From an uncultured bacterium (GTDB lineage Bacteria; Desulfobacterota; Deferrimicrobia; Deferrimicrobiales; Deferrimicrobiaceae), in NCBI GenBank assembly GCA_964612075.1, contig CAZTFC010000002.1, positions 23,576 through 87,575 of the forward strand: a stretch of DNA of 64,000 nucleotides, written 5' to 3'. The notes beneath the pieces were generated by a model. The model searched no databases and had not been told where the DNA came from. It saw only the letters and a program-made list of their open reading frames with translations. Shown piece after piece: positions 9,447 through 18,735 of this stretch. The position numbers and the translations under genes were made by a program. Positions within the stretch are counted from its first letter, which is position 1, and the number at the start of each line of letters is the position of its first letter.

Positions 9447-9854
9447 ATGACGATCATCGAGCGTCTGCAGAAACTGCTGGAGGCGGAGCGGTCGAGGGTG
9501 ATCTGCCTGGAGCAGCTCGCGTTCCTGAGCCCCAGCAAGGAGATCAACCGCTTTTTCGGATCCATGCGCAACGACGCCTCGGGCGCCTGCGAGACGCTCC
9601 ACAGCATGATCCTGGAACGGGAAGGCTACACCACCAACGAGGTCTCCGAGCTGGCGGAAAAGATCATGCAGCTCGACTCCCTGGAAGAGATCCTCGAGTT
9701 CCTGGCCAAGGACGAAAAGGACGTGGTCGCGCAGATCGAGGGGATCCCCCCGGAGGAGCTTAAAGAAAAAGAGCTGGAGTTCATGAAGACGCTCTGGATC
9801 AAGCACTCCCGCAACTCCGACAACTGCCGGATGATCCTGCGCCAGGGGAGATGA
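9447..9854 (+). CDS. hypothetical protein (conventional model; see the selenoprotein/pseudogene alternative in findings)
   Basis: 135-aa ORF with a strong GGAGGA RBS 5 nt upstream and GC3-biased codons; its stop overlaps the cupin start (ATGA). Confidence 0.55.
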   Translation: MTIIERLQKLLEAERSRVICLEQLAFLSPSKEINRFFGSMRNDASGACETLHSMILEREGYTTNEVSELAEKIMQLDSLEEILEFLAKDEKDVVAQIEGIPPEELKEKELEFMKTLWIKHSRNSDNCRMILRQGR

Positions 9855-10210
9855 CGATGCACGTCGGGCGCTGGACGGACGTAGAGGGCAAGGAGGTCGC
9901 GGAGTCGGGCGCCGCCGGCGTGACGATCCGCGTCCTGATGGGCGAGAACGTCGGGGCCCCGAACTTCGTCCTGCGGCACTTCGAGGTGGCTCCGGGCGGC
10001 CACACCCCCTTCCACGCCCACCCGTGGGAGCACGAGGTCTTCGTCCTGTCGGGGAAGGGGCGGGTCAAGCGCGCGGACGGCGCGGCGGAGGTGGGGCCGG
10101 GCTCCTTCGTGTTCGTGCCGCCCGGCGAGGAGCACGCCTTCGAGAACGCCGGCCCGGGCGTCTTTTCCTTCCTGTGCGTGATCCCGGCGACGAAGGTATG
10201 TCTGAAGTAG
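9851..10210 (+). CDS. cupin domain protein
   Basis: Cupin_2 motifs (GHTPFHAHPWEHEVFVLSGKG ... PGEEHAFEN); translationally coupled to the upstream ORF. Confidence 0.8.
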   Translation: MTMHVGRWTDVEGKEVAESGAAGVTIRVLMGENVGAPNFVLRHFEVAPGGHTPFHAHPWEHEVFVLSGKGRVKRADGAAEVGPGSFVFVPPGEEHAFENAGPGVFSFLCVIPATKVCLK

Positions 10211-10246
10211 ACGTCGAGGAATCGTTGAGGGAGGCAACCCCCTGCT

Positions 10247-10359
10247 CGGGGATATGTCTCCCTTCGCTACCGGATCGTCGGCCTTCCATGGCCTCCTCAC
10301 CTGCGCTGTTCCTCGCTCCGCCCTCCCTGGCTCCCGCTCGGAACAGACGCCCGCTCAGG
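10247..10359 (+). repeat. MITE-like palindromic intergenic element, family 1, diverged copy A
   Basis: Terminal inverted repeats GGGGATATGTCTCCC / GGGAGACACATCCCC flank a core (ccatggcctcctcacctgcgctgttcctcgctccgccctccctggctc...gaacagacgcc) shared with copies at 51865-52003 and 59998-60135. Confidence 0.5.
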
Positions 10360-10643
10360 GAGACACATCCCCTCGCATAGGGGCTTGCCTCCCCGAATAA
10401 ACCTCGACGACAACTACCGACAGCCCTCCATCGCCGGCAGGTTCATCCCTGGACCTTCGAATGCTCCCGGAGGCGTAACACGGCCAGCGCCTCGGCGATT
10501 TCCCGGCCCTTGGCCTCGATGATGTCCGTAAGCTCCATTTCGATATAGACGCCGCTCCGAGGAAGACCCCCGCTGCGTCCCTCCGCGGAAAGGCGCAGCA
10601 CGAAGATAACGCCTTCCAACCCCTCCGATGGCAGAATGAAGGG

Positions 10644-11717
10644 ATGGACATCGCCCTGACCCTGCTCCTCGCGTTCCTCCTGCCGCTCGCCGGCGCGGCG
10701 GCGGCGGGAAAGCCCCCGGGGTTCTACCTTCAGTTCCCCCCGAAGACGCCCGACCTGCCGCACGCGCCGTTCTCCTGGCCGGTGTTCGTCGGGCTCGCGC
10801 TGTTCATCCTCGCGGCGACGGCGCCGCTCGTCCTGCGGTTCCTCCGTCGCCGCGGGCATGCGGCGGCGCGCGGGGCCGCGGGGCCTTATCCCTGGTGGGG
10901 GTGGGTCGGCCTGGCGGCGGGCGCCGCGGCATGGGTCATCGCCTGGAGCCGGTTCCCCTGGATGGGGGAGCTGCAGGCGCACACGTTCACGCCGCTTTGG
11001 CTCTCCTTCATCCTGGTCGTCAACGCGGTCCTGCACCGCAGGACGGGGCGGAGCCCCCTGCTCTCGGAGGCGCGCCGCTTCCTCCTTCTCTTCCCGGCGA
11101 GCGCGGCGTTCTGGTGGTCCTTCGAGTACCTCAACCGCTTCGTGGGGAACTGGCGGTATGTCGGGGGAAGGGAATTCGGCTCGGGGGAGTATTTCCTCTT
11201 CGCCACCCTGCCGTTCTCCACCGTCCTCCCCGCCGTCCTCTCCGTCCGGGAGCTGATCCTGTCCTGCCCCGGGTTCGACGCGGCGTTCCGCGACTGGAGG
11301 CGCTTCTCTCCCTCGCGCCCGCGGGCGGCCGCGGCGGCCGCGCTCCTGTTCGCCTGCGCCGGCCTGCTGGGCGTGGGGTTCGCGCCCGGTCTCGTGTACC
11401 CGCTGGTCTGGGTCGCCCCCCCGCTCCTCCTGCTCTCCCTCGCCGCCCTCCGCGGCCGGCCCCACGCCCTTTCCGGCATCGCCGGAGGCGACTGGCGCGG
11501 CTTTTGCGCCTCTAGCGCGGCGGCCCTTTTCTGCGGCTTCTTCTGGGAGATGTGGAACAGCGGCAGCGCGATGAAATGGGTGTACGACGTCCCGTACGTC
11601 GACGCGTTCCGGCTCTTCGAGATGCCGCTCCTCGGGTACGCGGGATACCTGCCGTTCGGGATCCTCTGCGCCCAGGTCGGAGGAAAATTTCTCTACCCCC
11701 GGCCGCAAGTGAGATAG
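10644..11717 (+). CDS. polytopic integral membrane protein of unknown function
   Basis: 357 aa, ~9 hydrophobic helices, Trp/Phe-rich (FWWSFEYLNRF, FFWEMWNSGS); no confident family assignment. Confidence 0.65.
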   Translation: MDIALTLLLAFLLPLAGAAAAGKPPGFYLQFPPKTPDLPHAPFSWPVFVGLALFILAATAPLVLRFLRRRGHAAARGAAGPYPWWGWVGLAAGAAAWVIAWSRFPWMGELQAHTFTPLWLSFILVVNAVLHRRTGRSPLLSEARRFLLLFPASAAFWWSFEYLNRFVGNWRYVGGREFGSGEYFLFATLPFSTVLPAVLSVRELILSCPGFDAAFRDWRRFSPSRPRAAAAAALLFACAGLLGVGFAPGLVYPLVWVAPPLLLLSLAALRGRPHALSGIAGGDWRGFCASSAAALFCGFFWEMWNSGSAMKWVYDVPYVDAFRLFEMPLLGYAGYLPFGILCAQVGGKFLYPRPQVR

Positions 11718-11775
11718 AATCGTTTCTTAAAGCAGCGGACCTTCGTTCTCGATCGCACAGCCGGAGAGGGAATCG

Positions 11776-12276
11776 ATGACCCGGAAGCGCCCGCTCACCG
11801 CCTCCGCAGCGCCCTTCCTCATCCTGGCGCTGCTGTTTCCGACGGGAACCGCCTGGGCGGATCCTCTTCCCCAGCCGATCGCCTTCCCGCACATGGTCCA
11901 CGTGACCGGCTACGGGTTCGATTGCCTGTATTGCCACTCCTCCGCGGACAAGTCCCAATACGCCAATATCCCGTCGGTCTGGAAATGCATGACGTGCCAC
12001 CGGACGATCGCGACGGACAAGCCGGAAGTGGAAAAGCTCGCGCGGTACTGGCAGGAGAAGAAGCCGGTCCCCTGGAACAAGGTGATCGACGTGCCGAACC
12101 ATGTCTATTTCCCCCACTGGAAGATGGTGAACGCGAAGGTGGCCTGCCTGACCTGCCACCCCGGGATGGAGCACGCCTGGGTCGCGGAGCAGAAGCGCGA
12201 GTTCGGGATGGGGATGTGCATGGATTGCCACCGCATAAGGAAGGCATCCATCGACTGCTGGACCTGCCACTACTGA
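11776..12276 (+). CDS. actA: pentaheme cytochrome c, ActA-like subunit of an Alternative Complex III-like module
   Basis: Signal/anchor then five CxxCH motifs (CLYCH, CMTCH, CLTCH, CMDCH, CWTCH). Confidence 0.85.
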   Translation: MTRKRPLTASAAPFLILALLFPTGTAWADPLPQPIAFPHMVHVTGYGFDCLYCHSSADKSQYANIPSVWKCMTCHRTIATDKPEVEKLARYWQEKKPVPWNKVIDVPNHVYFPHWKMVNAKVACLTCHPGMEHAWVAEQKREFGMGMCMDCHRIRKASIDCWTCHY

Positions 12277-12301
12277 ATCCGGGGGACGGGAAGGGAACCG
12301 C

Positions 12302-14494
12302 ATGCTGGATCGGAGGCAATTCCTGAAGCTGGGCGGGGCGGCGGCCTTCGCCACCCTCTTCGGGGGATGCGAAAAAGCCCGGAAGCAGATCATCCCCTTC
12401 GTCCTGCCCCCGGAAAACCAGATCCTCGGGGAGGCGCTCTGGTACGCCTCCGCGTGCGGGCAATGCCCGGCCGGATGCGGCGTCGTCGTCCGGGTCTCGG
12501 AGGGGCGGGCGAAGAAGATCGAGGGGAACCCGCTCCACCCGGTGAACCGCGGAAAGCTCTGCGCCCGCGGGCAGGCGGCCCTGCAGGCGCTCTACCACCA
12601 GGAGCGGCTTTCCGGGCCGATGAAGCTTGCCGGGGCGCGCGGGTCGGGTAGCTGGCAGCCGGTTTCCTGGGAAGAGGCGCTCTCCCTTCTGATGACGCGG
12701 CTCAAAAACCTTCGGGCGGAGGCGCCGGCGTCGCTCCTGATGCTCACGGAGCCGATGCGGGGACACGAAGGGCTGGTGGCCGGCCGGTTCATGAAGGCGT
12801 TCGGCTCCCCGAACCGCGTGGCGTGGGACCCGTTCGGGCGGGACGCCCTGCTGGCCGCCTGCGAAGCGGTCCACGGCATGCGCGACCTTCCCGAGTACGA
12901 CATCGCGAACGCCCGGTACCTGCTCTCCTTCTCCGGGGATTTCCTCGAGACGTGGGTCTCCCCGGTGCACTACGCGGAGGCGTACGGCCGGATGCGGGGA
13001 AGCCGGGAGACCGTTCGCGGGAAATTCCTCCACTTCGGGCCGCGCCTGTCGATGACCGCGGCCTGCGCCGACCGGTACCTGCAGATCGCGCCGGGAACGG
13101 AGGGGGTCGTCGCCCTGGGGATCTCCCACGTGGCGATCCGGGACGGGCTCACCCCGCCGGCCGCCGCCGCGGGACACCTGATGGCCGCCGGGCTTTCCGC
13201 GTATTCGCCGGAGGCCGTGGAGAAGCGGACGGGGGTCCGCGCTTCCGACCTGGCCCGGGCGGCGAAGGAGTTCTTCGGAAACCAGCCGGGGCTGGCGATC
13301 GGCGGGACGGCCTGCGGCTCGGGCGCCGCCGGCGTCTTCCACCATGCCGCGGTGGAGCTGTTGAACGCGCTCTCGGGAAGCGCGGGGCTTCCGGGCGGCG
13401 TCTCCTTCCCGGACCGCTCCCGCGCCTACGCCCGGTACGGGGCGGAGAGCCCTCTCCTCTCGCCATCCCCGGAAAGCGGGTATGCGGCCGTCCGCGATGC
13501 GGCGGGGAAGATGCGCAAAGGGATGTTCCGGATGGCGATCCTCGCAGGGTCGTCCAACCCGGCGTTCACCCTTCCGCCCGCCATGAGATTCGCCGAGGCG
13601 CTTTCGAACGTGCCGTTCACGGTGGCGTTCGCCTCTTTCCTCGACGAGACATCCTCCCTGGCCGACCTCGTATTGCCGGTCCCGACCCCCATGGAAACGT
13701 GGGGCGACGACATCGCGCCGGTCGGGCACGGCGGCGCGGTCACGCTCCGCCAGCCCGTCGTGGAGCCGTTCCGGGACGCGAGGTCGATGGCCGACGTGCT
13801 GCTCGCGGCGGCGGCGGAGCTGGGGGGGGAATCGGCCCGGGCCCTGCCCTGGAAATCGATGAGGGATTGCATCGAGAAGATCTACGGCGGCCCCGGCGAA
13901 AGGCTGGAAAAGGCGCTCCGGGACGGCGGCGTCTTCCCCTCCGACGCGGCCCCCTTGCGCGCGATGCGGAAAGGGGCGGTCCTTCCTCCCAAAGCCCCGC
14001 GGGAGGCGGCGGGCGCCGTCGACCCCGGGAAATACCCGCTGTCGCTGCACCTGTACCCGTCCACCGCGCTGTACGACGGGCGGGGAGCCAACCTCCCCTG
14101 GCTCCAGGAACTCCCGGACCCCCTCACCACGGCGTTGTGGAGGAACTGGGTGGAGCTGAACCCGAAGACCGCGGAAAGGATGGGACTCGCGGACGGAGAC
14201 GGGGTCACGATCGCGTCGGCGCACGGGAAGATCACCGCGCACGTCGCGTTCAACCCGGGGCTGGCTCCCGATGTGGCCGCCATGCCCACGGGGCAGGGAC
14301 ATTCGCGGTACGGCCGCGCAGCGGAGGGACGCGGTGAGAACCCGTTCTCCCTCCTGCCGGAGGCTCCGGAAGGCGGGGCGGCAGGCCTCGCCCTGCAGTC
14401 CGCCCGGGTCGCGCTGGAGAAAACGGCGCTCCCCACCCGGCTGGTCCGGTTCGCGCATCCCGAGGGGCAATGGAAGCTGAGCAACCTCCTGTGA
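12302..14494 (+). CDS. actB: molybdopterin-oxidoreductase-like subunit (ActB1/QrcB-like), Tat-exported
   Basis: Twin-arginine signal MLDRRQFLKLGGAAAFA; CISM-family catalytic-subunit-like body with an N-terminal Cys cluster (CGQCPAGCG). Confidence 0.85.
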   Translation: MLDRRQFLKLGGAAAFATLFGGCEKARKQIIPFVLPPENQILGEALWYASACGQCPAGCGVVVRVSEGRAKKIEGNPLHPVNRGKLCARGQAALQALYHQERLSGPMKLAGARGSGSWQPVSWEEALSLLMTRLKNLRAEAPASLLMLTEPMRGHEGLVAGRFMKAFGSPNRVAWDPFGRDALLAACEAVHGMRDLPEYDIANARYLLSFSGDFLETWVSPVHYAEAYGRMRGSRETVRGKFLHFGPRLSMTAACADRYLQIAPGTEGVVALGISHVAIRDGLTPPAAAAGHLMAAGLSAYSPEAVEKRTGVRASDLARAAKEFFGNQPGLAIGGTACGSGAAGVFHHAAVELLNALSGSAGLPGGVSFPDRSRAYARYGAESPLLSPSPESGYAAVRDAAGKMRKGMFRMAILAGSSNPAFTLPPAMRFAEALSNVPFTVAFASFLDETSSLADLVLPVPTPMETWGDDIAPVGHGGAVTLRQPVVEPFRDARSMADVLLAAAAELGGESARALPWKSMRDCIEKIYGGPGERLEKALRDGGVFPSDAAPLRAMRKGAVLPPKAPREAAGAVDPGKYPLSLHLYPSTALYDGRGANLPWLQELPDPLTTALWRNWVELNPKTAERMGLADGDGVTIASAHGKITAHVAFNPGLAPDVAAMPTGQGHSRYGRAAEGRGENPFSLLPEAPEGGAAGLALQSARVALEKTALPTRLVRFAHPEGQWKLSNLL

Positions 14495-14507
14495 CGGCGG
14501 AGACGGC

Positions 14508-15206
14508 ATGAAACACAAGTGGGTGATGGCGATCGACCTCGACCGGTGCACGGGCTGCGGAGCGTGCGTGGCCGCCTGCGTCGCCGAGAACAACATCCCG
14601 ACGGTGGGCGAGGCCGAGGCGGGGATGGGCCGGCTCATGCAGTGGATCCGTGTGGCGCGCTACTGGGACGAGGAGCACTCCGGGGCGAACGCCGTGTACC
14701 TCCCGGTCCTGTGCATGCAATGCGAGCGCGCCCCCTGCGAGACCGTCTGCCCGGTGTACGCCACCTACCACAACGAAGACGGGCTCAACGCCATGGCCTA
14801 CAACCGGTGCGTGGGGACCCGCTACTGCGCGAACAACTGCCCCTATTCGGTGAGGGTCTTCAACTGGCGCGACCATGTCTGGGAGAAGCCGCTCGACGAG
14901 CAGCTCTCCCCGGACCTGTCGGTCCGTTCCCGCGGCGTCATGGAAAAGTGCACCTTCTGCATCCAGCGGATCCGCCGCGCGAAGGAAGCGGCGGCGGCGG
15001 AAAAACGCCCGATCCGGGACGGCGAGGTCGCGCCGGCGTGCGTGCAGACCTGCCCGCCCGGGGCGCTGCTGTTCGGGGACATCGGAGACCCGGACAGCGA
15101 GATCGCCCGGAAGCTCGCCGATCCCCGCCGCTTCCGGCTGATGGAACACCTGGGCACCGAGCCGCGGGTATGGTACCTGAAGCGGCGGAAAGGAGCCGGC
15201 CTGTGA
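14508..15206 (+). CDS. 4Fe-4S ferredoxin-type iron-sulfur subunit (ActB2/PsrB-like)
   Basis: Four Cys clusters (CTGCGACVAAC, CMQCERAPCETVCP, CVGTRYCANNCP, CTFCIQR...CVQTCP). Confidence 0.9.
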   Translation: MKHKWVMAIDLDRCTGCGACVAACVAENNIPTVGEAEAGMGRLMQWIRVARYWDEEHSGANAVYLPVLCMQCERAPCETVCPVYATYHNEDGLNAMAYNRCVGTRYCANNCPYSVRVFNWRDHVWEKPLDEQLSPDLSVRSRGVMEKCTFCIQRIRRAKEAAAAEKRPIRDGEVAPACVQTCPPGALLFGDIGDPDSEIARKLADPRRFRLMEHLGTEPRVWYLKRRKGAGL

Positions 15207-16594
15207 GCGGCGACCACCTGTCGCGCGTCGATCCGGAGGAGCTCTACCGGGACCTTTCCCGGTCCAACCTCCCCCCGACGAAGCGTTGGTACCTTGTCGC
15301 CGGGCTTCTCCTCCTGGTCGTCCTCTGGGGCACGGGCTGCTTCGTCTACATGATGAAGACCGGGATGTGGGTCACCGGCCTCAACCGGCCGGTCATGTGG
15401 GGCGTCTTCATCGCAACCTTCGTCTTCTGGATCGGCCTGTCCCACTCCGGGACGCTGATCTCGGCCATCCTTCGCCTCACGAACGCCACCTGGCGCGCGC
15501 CCATCCTGCGAGGCGCGGAGGCGATGACCGCCTTCACGCTCATGGTGGGCGGCCTCTTCCCGCTCATCCACATCGGACGCAACTGGCGTTTCTACTACAT
15601 GATCCCGTACCCGAACTCGCGCGAGCTCTGGCCCAACCTGCGGTCTCCGCTGATGTGGGACGCGGTGGCGATCAACACGTACCTCCTGGGGAGCCTCACT
15701 TTCCTCTACTTCGGCATGATCCCCGACCTCGCCATCGCCAGGGACCGCTCCACGGGCTGGCGGAAGAGGTTCTACTCCGTCCTCGCGCTGGGCTTCCGCG
15801 GGTCCCACAGCGAGTGGCGGCGGTACCACATCGCGTCGACCATCTTCGCGATCCTCATCATCCCGGTGGCCGTCTCGGTCCACTCGATCGTCGGGTGGGA
15901 TTTCGCGATGGCCAAGGTGCCCGGCTGGCACAGCACCATCTTCGCCCCCTATTTCGTGACCGGCGCGATCTTCTCGGGGATCGCCGGCGTGGTGCTCGTC
16001 ATGGCGGCCCTGCGGAAGGCGTACCGGCTCGAGAGGGTGCTCACGACGGTCCAGTTCGAGAACCTCGGGAAGCTCCTCTGCGTGATGTCGCTTTTGTGGG
16101 GATACTTCTACTTCGCCGAGTTCCTGACGGTCTGGTACAACCGGAACCCCGAGGAATGGGAGGTCTTCCGCTCCTACGGCGGCCATTACCTGCCGTTGTG
16201 GCTGTCGATGGTCGTCTGCAACTTCGTCATCCCGTTCCCCATGCTGTGCATGCGCAGGGTCCGCCGCTCGGTCCCGGCGCTGTGCTTCGCCTCGTTCCTC
16301 GTCGTCATCGGGATGTACGCGGAGCGCGTCCTGATCGTCGTGCCGTCGCTGGCGCGCCGCAACGACCCGTTCATCTGGAACAACTATTTCCCGTCCTGGG
16401 TGGAGCTCTCCATCCTGGCCGCGGCGCTCGCCATGTTCCTGCTGCTGTACATCGTCTTCGCCAAGCTGTTCCCGATCGTGGCGGTCAGCGACGTCCAGGA
16501 GCGGCTGTTCCAGGCCACGGACCGGGCCGTGGGCCGCGCGACCGTCGAGACGATCGCGCGCCCGGAAGGCCACGGAGAAGGGGGGCACGGATGA
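15203..16594 (+). CDS. actC: NrfD/PsrC-family polytopic membrane quinol-interacting subunit (ActC-like)
   Basis: GTG start overlapping the upstream stop (GTGA); ~10 TM helices with an NrfD-like motif pattern. Confidence 0.85.
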   Translation: MSGDHLSRVDPEELYRDLSRSNLPPTKRWYLVAGLLLLVVLWGTGCFVYMMKTGMWVTGLNRPVMWGVFIATFVFWIGLSHSGTLISAILRLTNATWRAPILRGAEAMTAFTLMVGGLFPLIHIGRNWRFYYMIPYPNSRELWPNLRSPLMWDAVAINTYLLGSLTFLYFGMIPDLAIARDRSTGWRKRFYSVLALGFRGSHSEWRRYHIASTIFAILIIPVAVSVHSIVGWDFAMAKVPGWHSTIFAPYFVTGAIFSGIAGVVLVMAALRKAYRLERVLTTVQFENLGKLLCVMSLLWGYFYFAEFLTVWYNRNPEEWEVFRSYGGHYLPLWLSMVVCNFVIPFPMLCMRRVRRSVPALCFASFLVVIGMYAERVLIVVPSLARRNDPFIWNNYFPSWVELSILAAALAMFLLLYIVFAKLFPIVAVSDVQERLFQATDRAVGRATVETIARPEGHGEGGHG

Positions 16595-17115
16595 GCGGCG
16601 TCGTGGTGGTCGGCCTGTTCGAAAGCGTCGAGAAGGCGGCCTCCGCGGGCGACGCCTTGCGGGCGCTGCCGCTGCCCGAAGAGAGGATCACGTGCATCTC
16701 TTCGTTCCCGCTTCCGGACGGCGCCGTCTGCCGGGACACCCGCCCGATCCGGTTCCCCCGGTTCACCCTCCTGGGGTGGTTCCTCGGCTTGTTCGCCGGG
16801 CTCGCGCTCGCCCTGGCGACGTACCTCCTCTACCCGCTCATCACCGGGGGGAAGGCGATCATCTCCGTCCCGCCGACCCTCATCGTCGCCTACGAAGTCG
16901 CGATGCTCGGCGCGCTGATCGGCACCGCGGCGGCCGGCTTCCGCGAGATGGGGCTCTTGCGGTTCCGCACGAAGACCGTCCACGACCCGAGGATCCAGGA
17001 CGGCCGGATCCTCGTCTGCGCCACCGTCGCGACCGGGGACGAGGAGCGCGCGGCGATCGATGCGCTGTCCGCCGCGGGAGGCGCCGACGTGCGGGCGGAG
17101 GAAGGGACGATATGA
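16591..17115 (+). CDS. actD: ActD-like (DUF3341) membrane subunit
   Basis: ATGA overlap with actC; N-terminal soluble region plus two TM helices, as in ActD. Confidence 0.72.
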   Translation: MSGVVVVGLFESVEKAASAGDALRALPLPEERITCISSFPLPDGAVCRDTRPIRFPRFTLLGWFLGLFAGLALALATYLLYPLITGGKAIISVPPTLIVAYEVAMLGALIGTAAAGFREMGLLRFRTKTVHDPRIQDGRILVCATVATGDEERAAIDALSAAGGADVRAEEGTI

Positions 17116-17615
17116 AACGGACCTTCCCCTCCCCCGCCGCCCTTCTCCTGGCCGTCGCGCTGGCCGCGTCGTCGTTCGCCGGGTGCGAGAAGCTCGACCG
17201 GGACATGTACGACAACCCGGCCTTCCGCCCCCAGGAGGAGCCGGTCCGCCTTCCCCCCGAAGGTTCCGTGCCCACCAAGGGGTCGGGACGCGTCCCCCTG
17301 CCGGGAACCCCGGCGGCGGCGGCAGCCGGGAACCCGGAACGGATGGACGATTCCGCGCGGATCCGGGGAAAGGAGCTCTACGGCATCCATTGCGCCCCGT
17401 GCCACGGCCTCTCGGGCAAGGGGGACGGACGCGTCGCGGGGAAATTCGTCCCGACGCCCGCCGACATCTCCGCCGGAGCCGGCGGGATCCACCCCCCCGC
17501 GGGCGAACGGTTCTCCGTCCTCACCCACGGGAAAAACGGCATGCCCGCCTTCCGTTACGACCTCACCGAGCGGGAGCGGTGGCTTGTGGCGGCCCACGTC
17601 GAAACGCTGAAATAA
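17112..17615 (+). CDS. actE: monoheme cytochrome c lipoprotein (ActE-like)
   Basis: ATGA overlap with actD; lipobox-like signal (LAASSFAGC), single CAPCH heme motif, Met ligand region GKNGMPAF. Confidence 0.8.
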   Translation: MKRTFPSPAALLLAVALAASSFAGCEKLDRDMYDNPAFRPQEEPVRLPPEGSVPTKGSGRVPLPGTPAAAAAGNPERMDDSARIRGKELYGIHCAPCHGLSGKGDGRVAGKFVPTPADISAGAGGIHPPAGERFSVLTHGKNGMPAFRYDLTERERWLVAAHVETLK

Positions 17616-17625
17616 GGGTCGCGCG

Positions 17626-18357
17626 ATGTGCCGGATGATCGCCTTTGCCTCTTCCTCGCCGGAGAACGCCTCCCCCTATCTCGCCCACCTCGCGCGGCTC
17701 TGCGAGCGCGGGAACCTCGTGGCGGGCTGGGAGAAGCACTCCGGGGGGAACCACCCGGACGGCTGGGGGGTCGCCTGGCGCGAGGGGGACGAGATCCGCT
17801 GCGTCCGCAGCGGGAAGCCGGCCTCGGCCGACCCGCTCCTTTCGGAGCTTCGCGTGCGGACCGACCGGTTCATCGGGCACGTCCGGTTCGCCTCGGACCC
17901 CGCGACGGTCCACGCAGGGAATTCCCACCCCTTCCTCGCCGCGGGAATCGCCCTCGCCCACAACGGGACGTTCCGTGGAAGGATCGGCGAAGAGGCGGAC
18001 GCGCGGCGCGTCAGCGACTCGCTGGTGTTCCTGGAGCGGCTGGCCGAACGGTGGAAGGAACGCACGCCTGGGGGGCTGGCGGAGGTCCTGCGGGAGATGC
18101 TTTCCGACGGCCCGCTGGTGGGGAAATACTCCGCAGCGAACCTGCTGATCGCCGCGGGAGACCGGCTTTTCGCGCTCCGGCGCTTCCGGAGGCATCCGGA
18201 ATACTACACGCTTTACGCCGCGGAGAGGAACGGGGCCCGGATCGTGTCGAGCCAGCCGCTCGACGAAGGGAAGGGGTGGCGGCTGCTCGAGGACGGCGAG
18301 CTGCTCGACCTGGTCTCGGGCGAGTCGATCTCCGTCGTATCGCCCGGCGCCCCTTGA
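17626..18357 (+). CDS. class II glutamine amidotransferase (Ntn-hydrolase, YafJ-like)
   Basis: N-terminus MCRMIAF with catalytic Cys2; GATase_4/6-like body. Confidence 0.78.
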   Translation: MCRMIAFASSSPENASPYLAHLARLCERGNLVAGWEKHSGGNHPDGWGVAWREGDEIRCVRSGKPASADPLLSELRVRTDRFIGHVRFASDPATVHAGNSHPFLAAGIALAHNGTFRGRIGEEADARRVSDSLVFLERLAERWKERTPGGLAEVLREMLSDGPLVGKYSAANLLIAAGDRLFALRRFRRHPEYYTLYAAERNGARIVSSQPLDEGKGWRLLEDGELLDLVSGESISVVSPGAP

Positions 18358-18385
18358 AGGGCGGACGTCCCCGCCCCGGCGGCCG

Positions 18386-18655
18386 TCAATTCTTTTTGGA
18401 ATGCTTCGCGAGGTCCTCGGCGACCTCGCCGACGGTCTGCTTCATGAAGCGATCGGCCGCCTTTTTCGCGGAATCCCCGGGGGAAGGCATCTTGGACACC
18501 CAGTTCGCCCCCTTCCGGATGAAACCGCCGGCGCCTCCCACCTGCCGCACGACCGGGCGGCCGCAGTGGGGGCACTTCTCCAGCGGGGGATCCGATATCC
18601 GCTGCTCCTTCTCGAACTCCCCGCATTCGGGGCACCTGTATTCGTAGACCGGCAA
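18386..18655 (-). CDS. FmdB-family zinc-ribbon regulatory protein
   Basis: MPVYEYRCPECGEFEKEQRISDPPLEKCPHCG is the canonical FmdB CxxC...CxxC ribbon. Confidence 0.8.
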   Translation of the reverse strand: MPVYEYRCPECGEFEKEQRISDPPLEKCPHCGRPVVRQVGGAGGFIRKGANWVSKMPSPGDSAKKAADRFMKQTVGEVAEDLAKHSKKN

Positions 18656-18735
18656 CTCTTCCTCCCCCGCAACCTTTTCCTTACCCGATTATCTCATAAT
18701 GGAGGAACCTGTTTTTTTAAGAGAGGTGGCGCATT

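Noticed and set aside
15286-17115. 609-aa ORF across actC and actD
   Set aside because: It is out of frame relative to the NrfD-like actC for most of its length. Only the terminal 174 codons (from ATG 16591, ATGA-coupled) correspond to the ActD-like protein.
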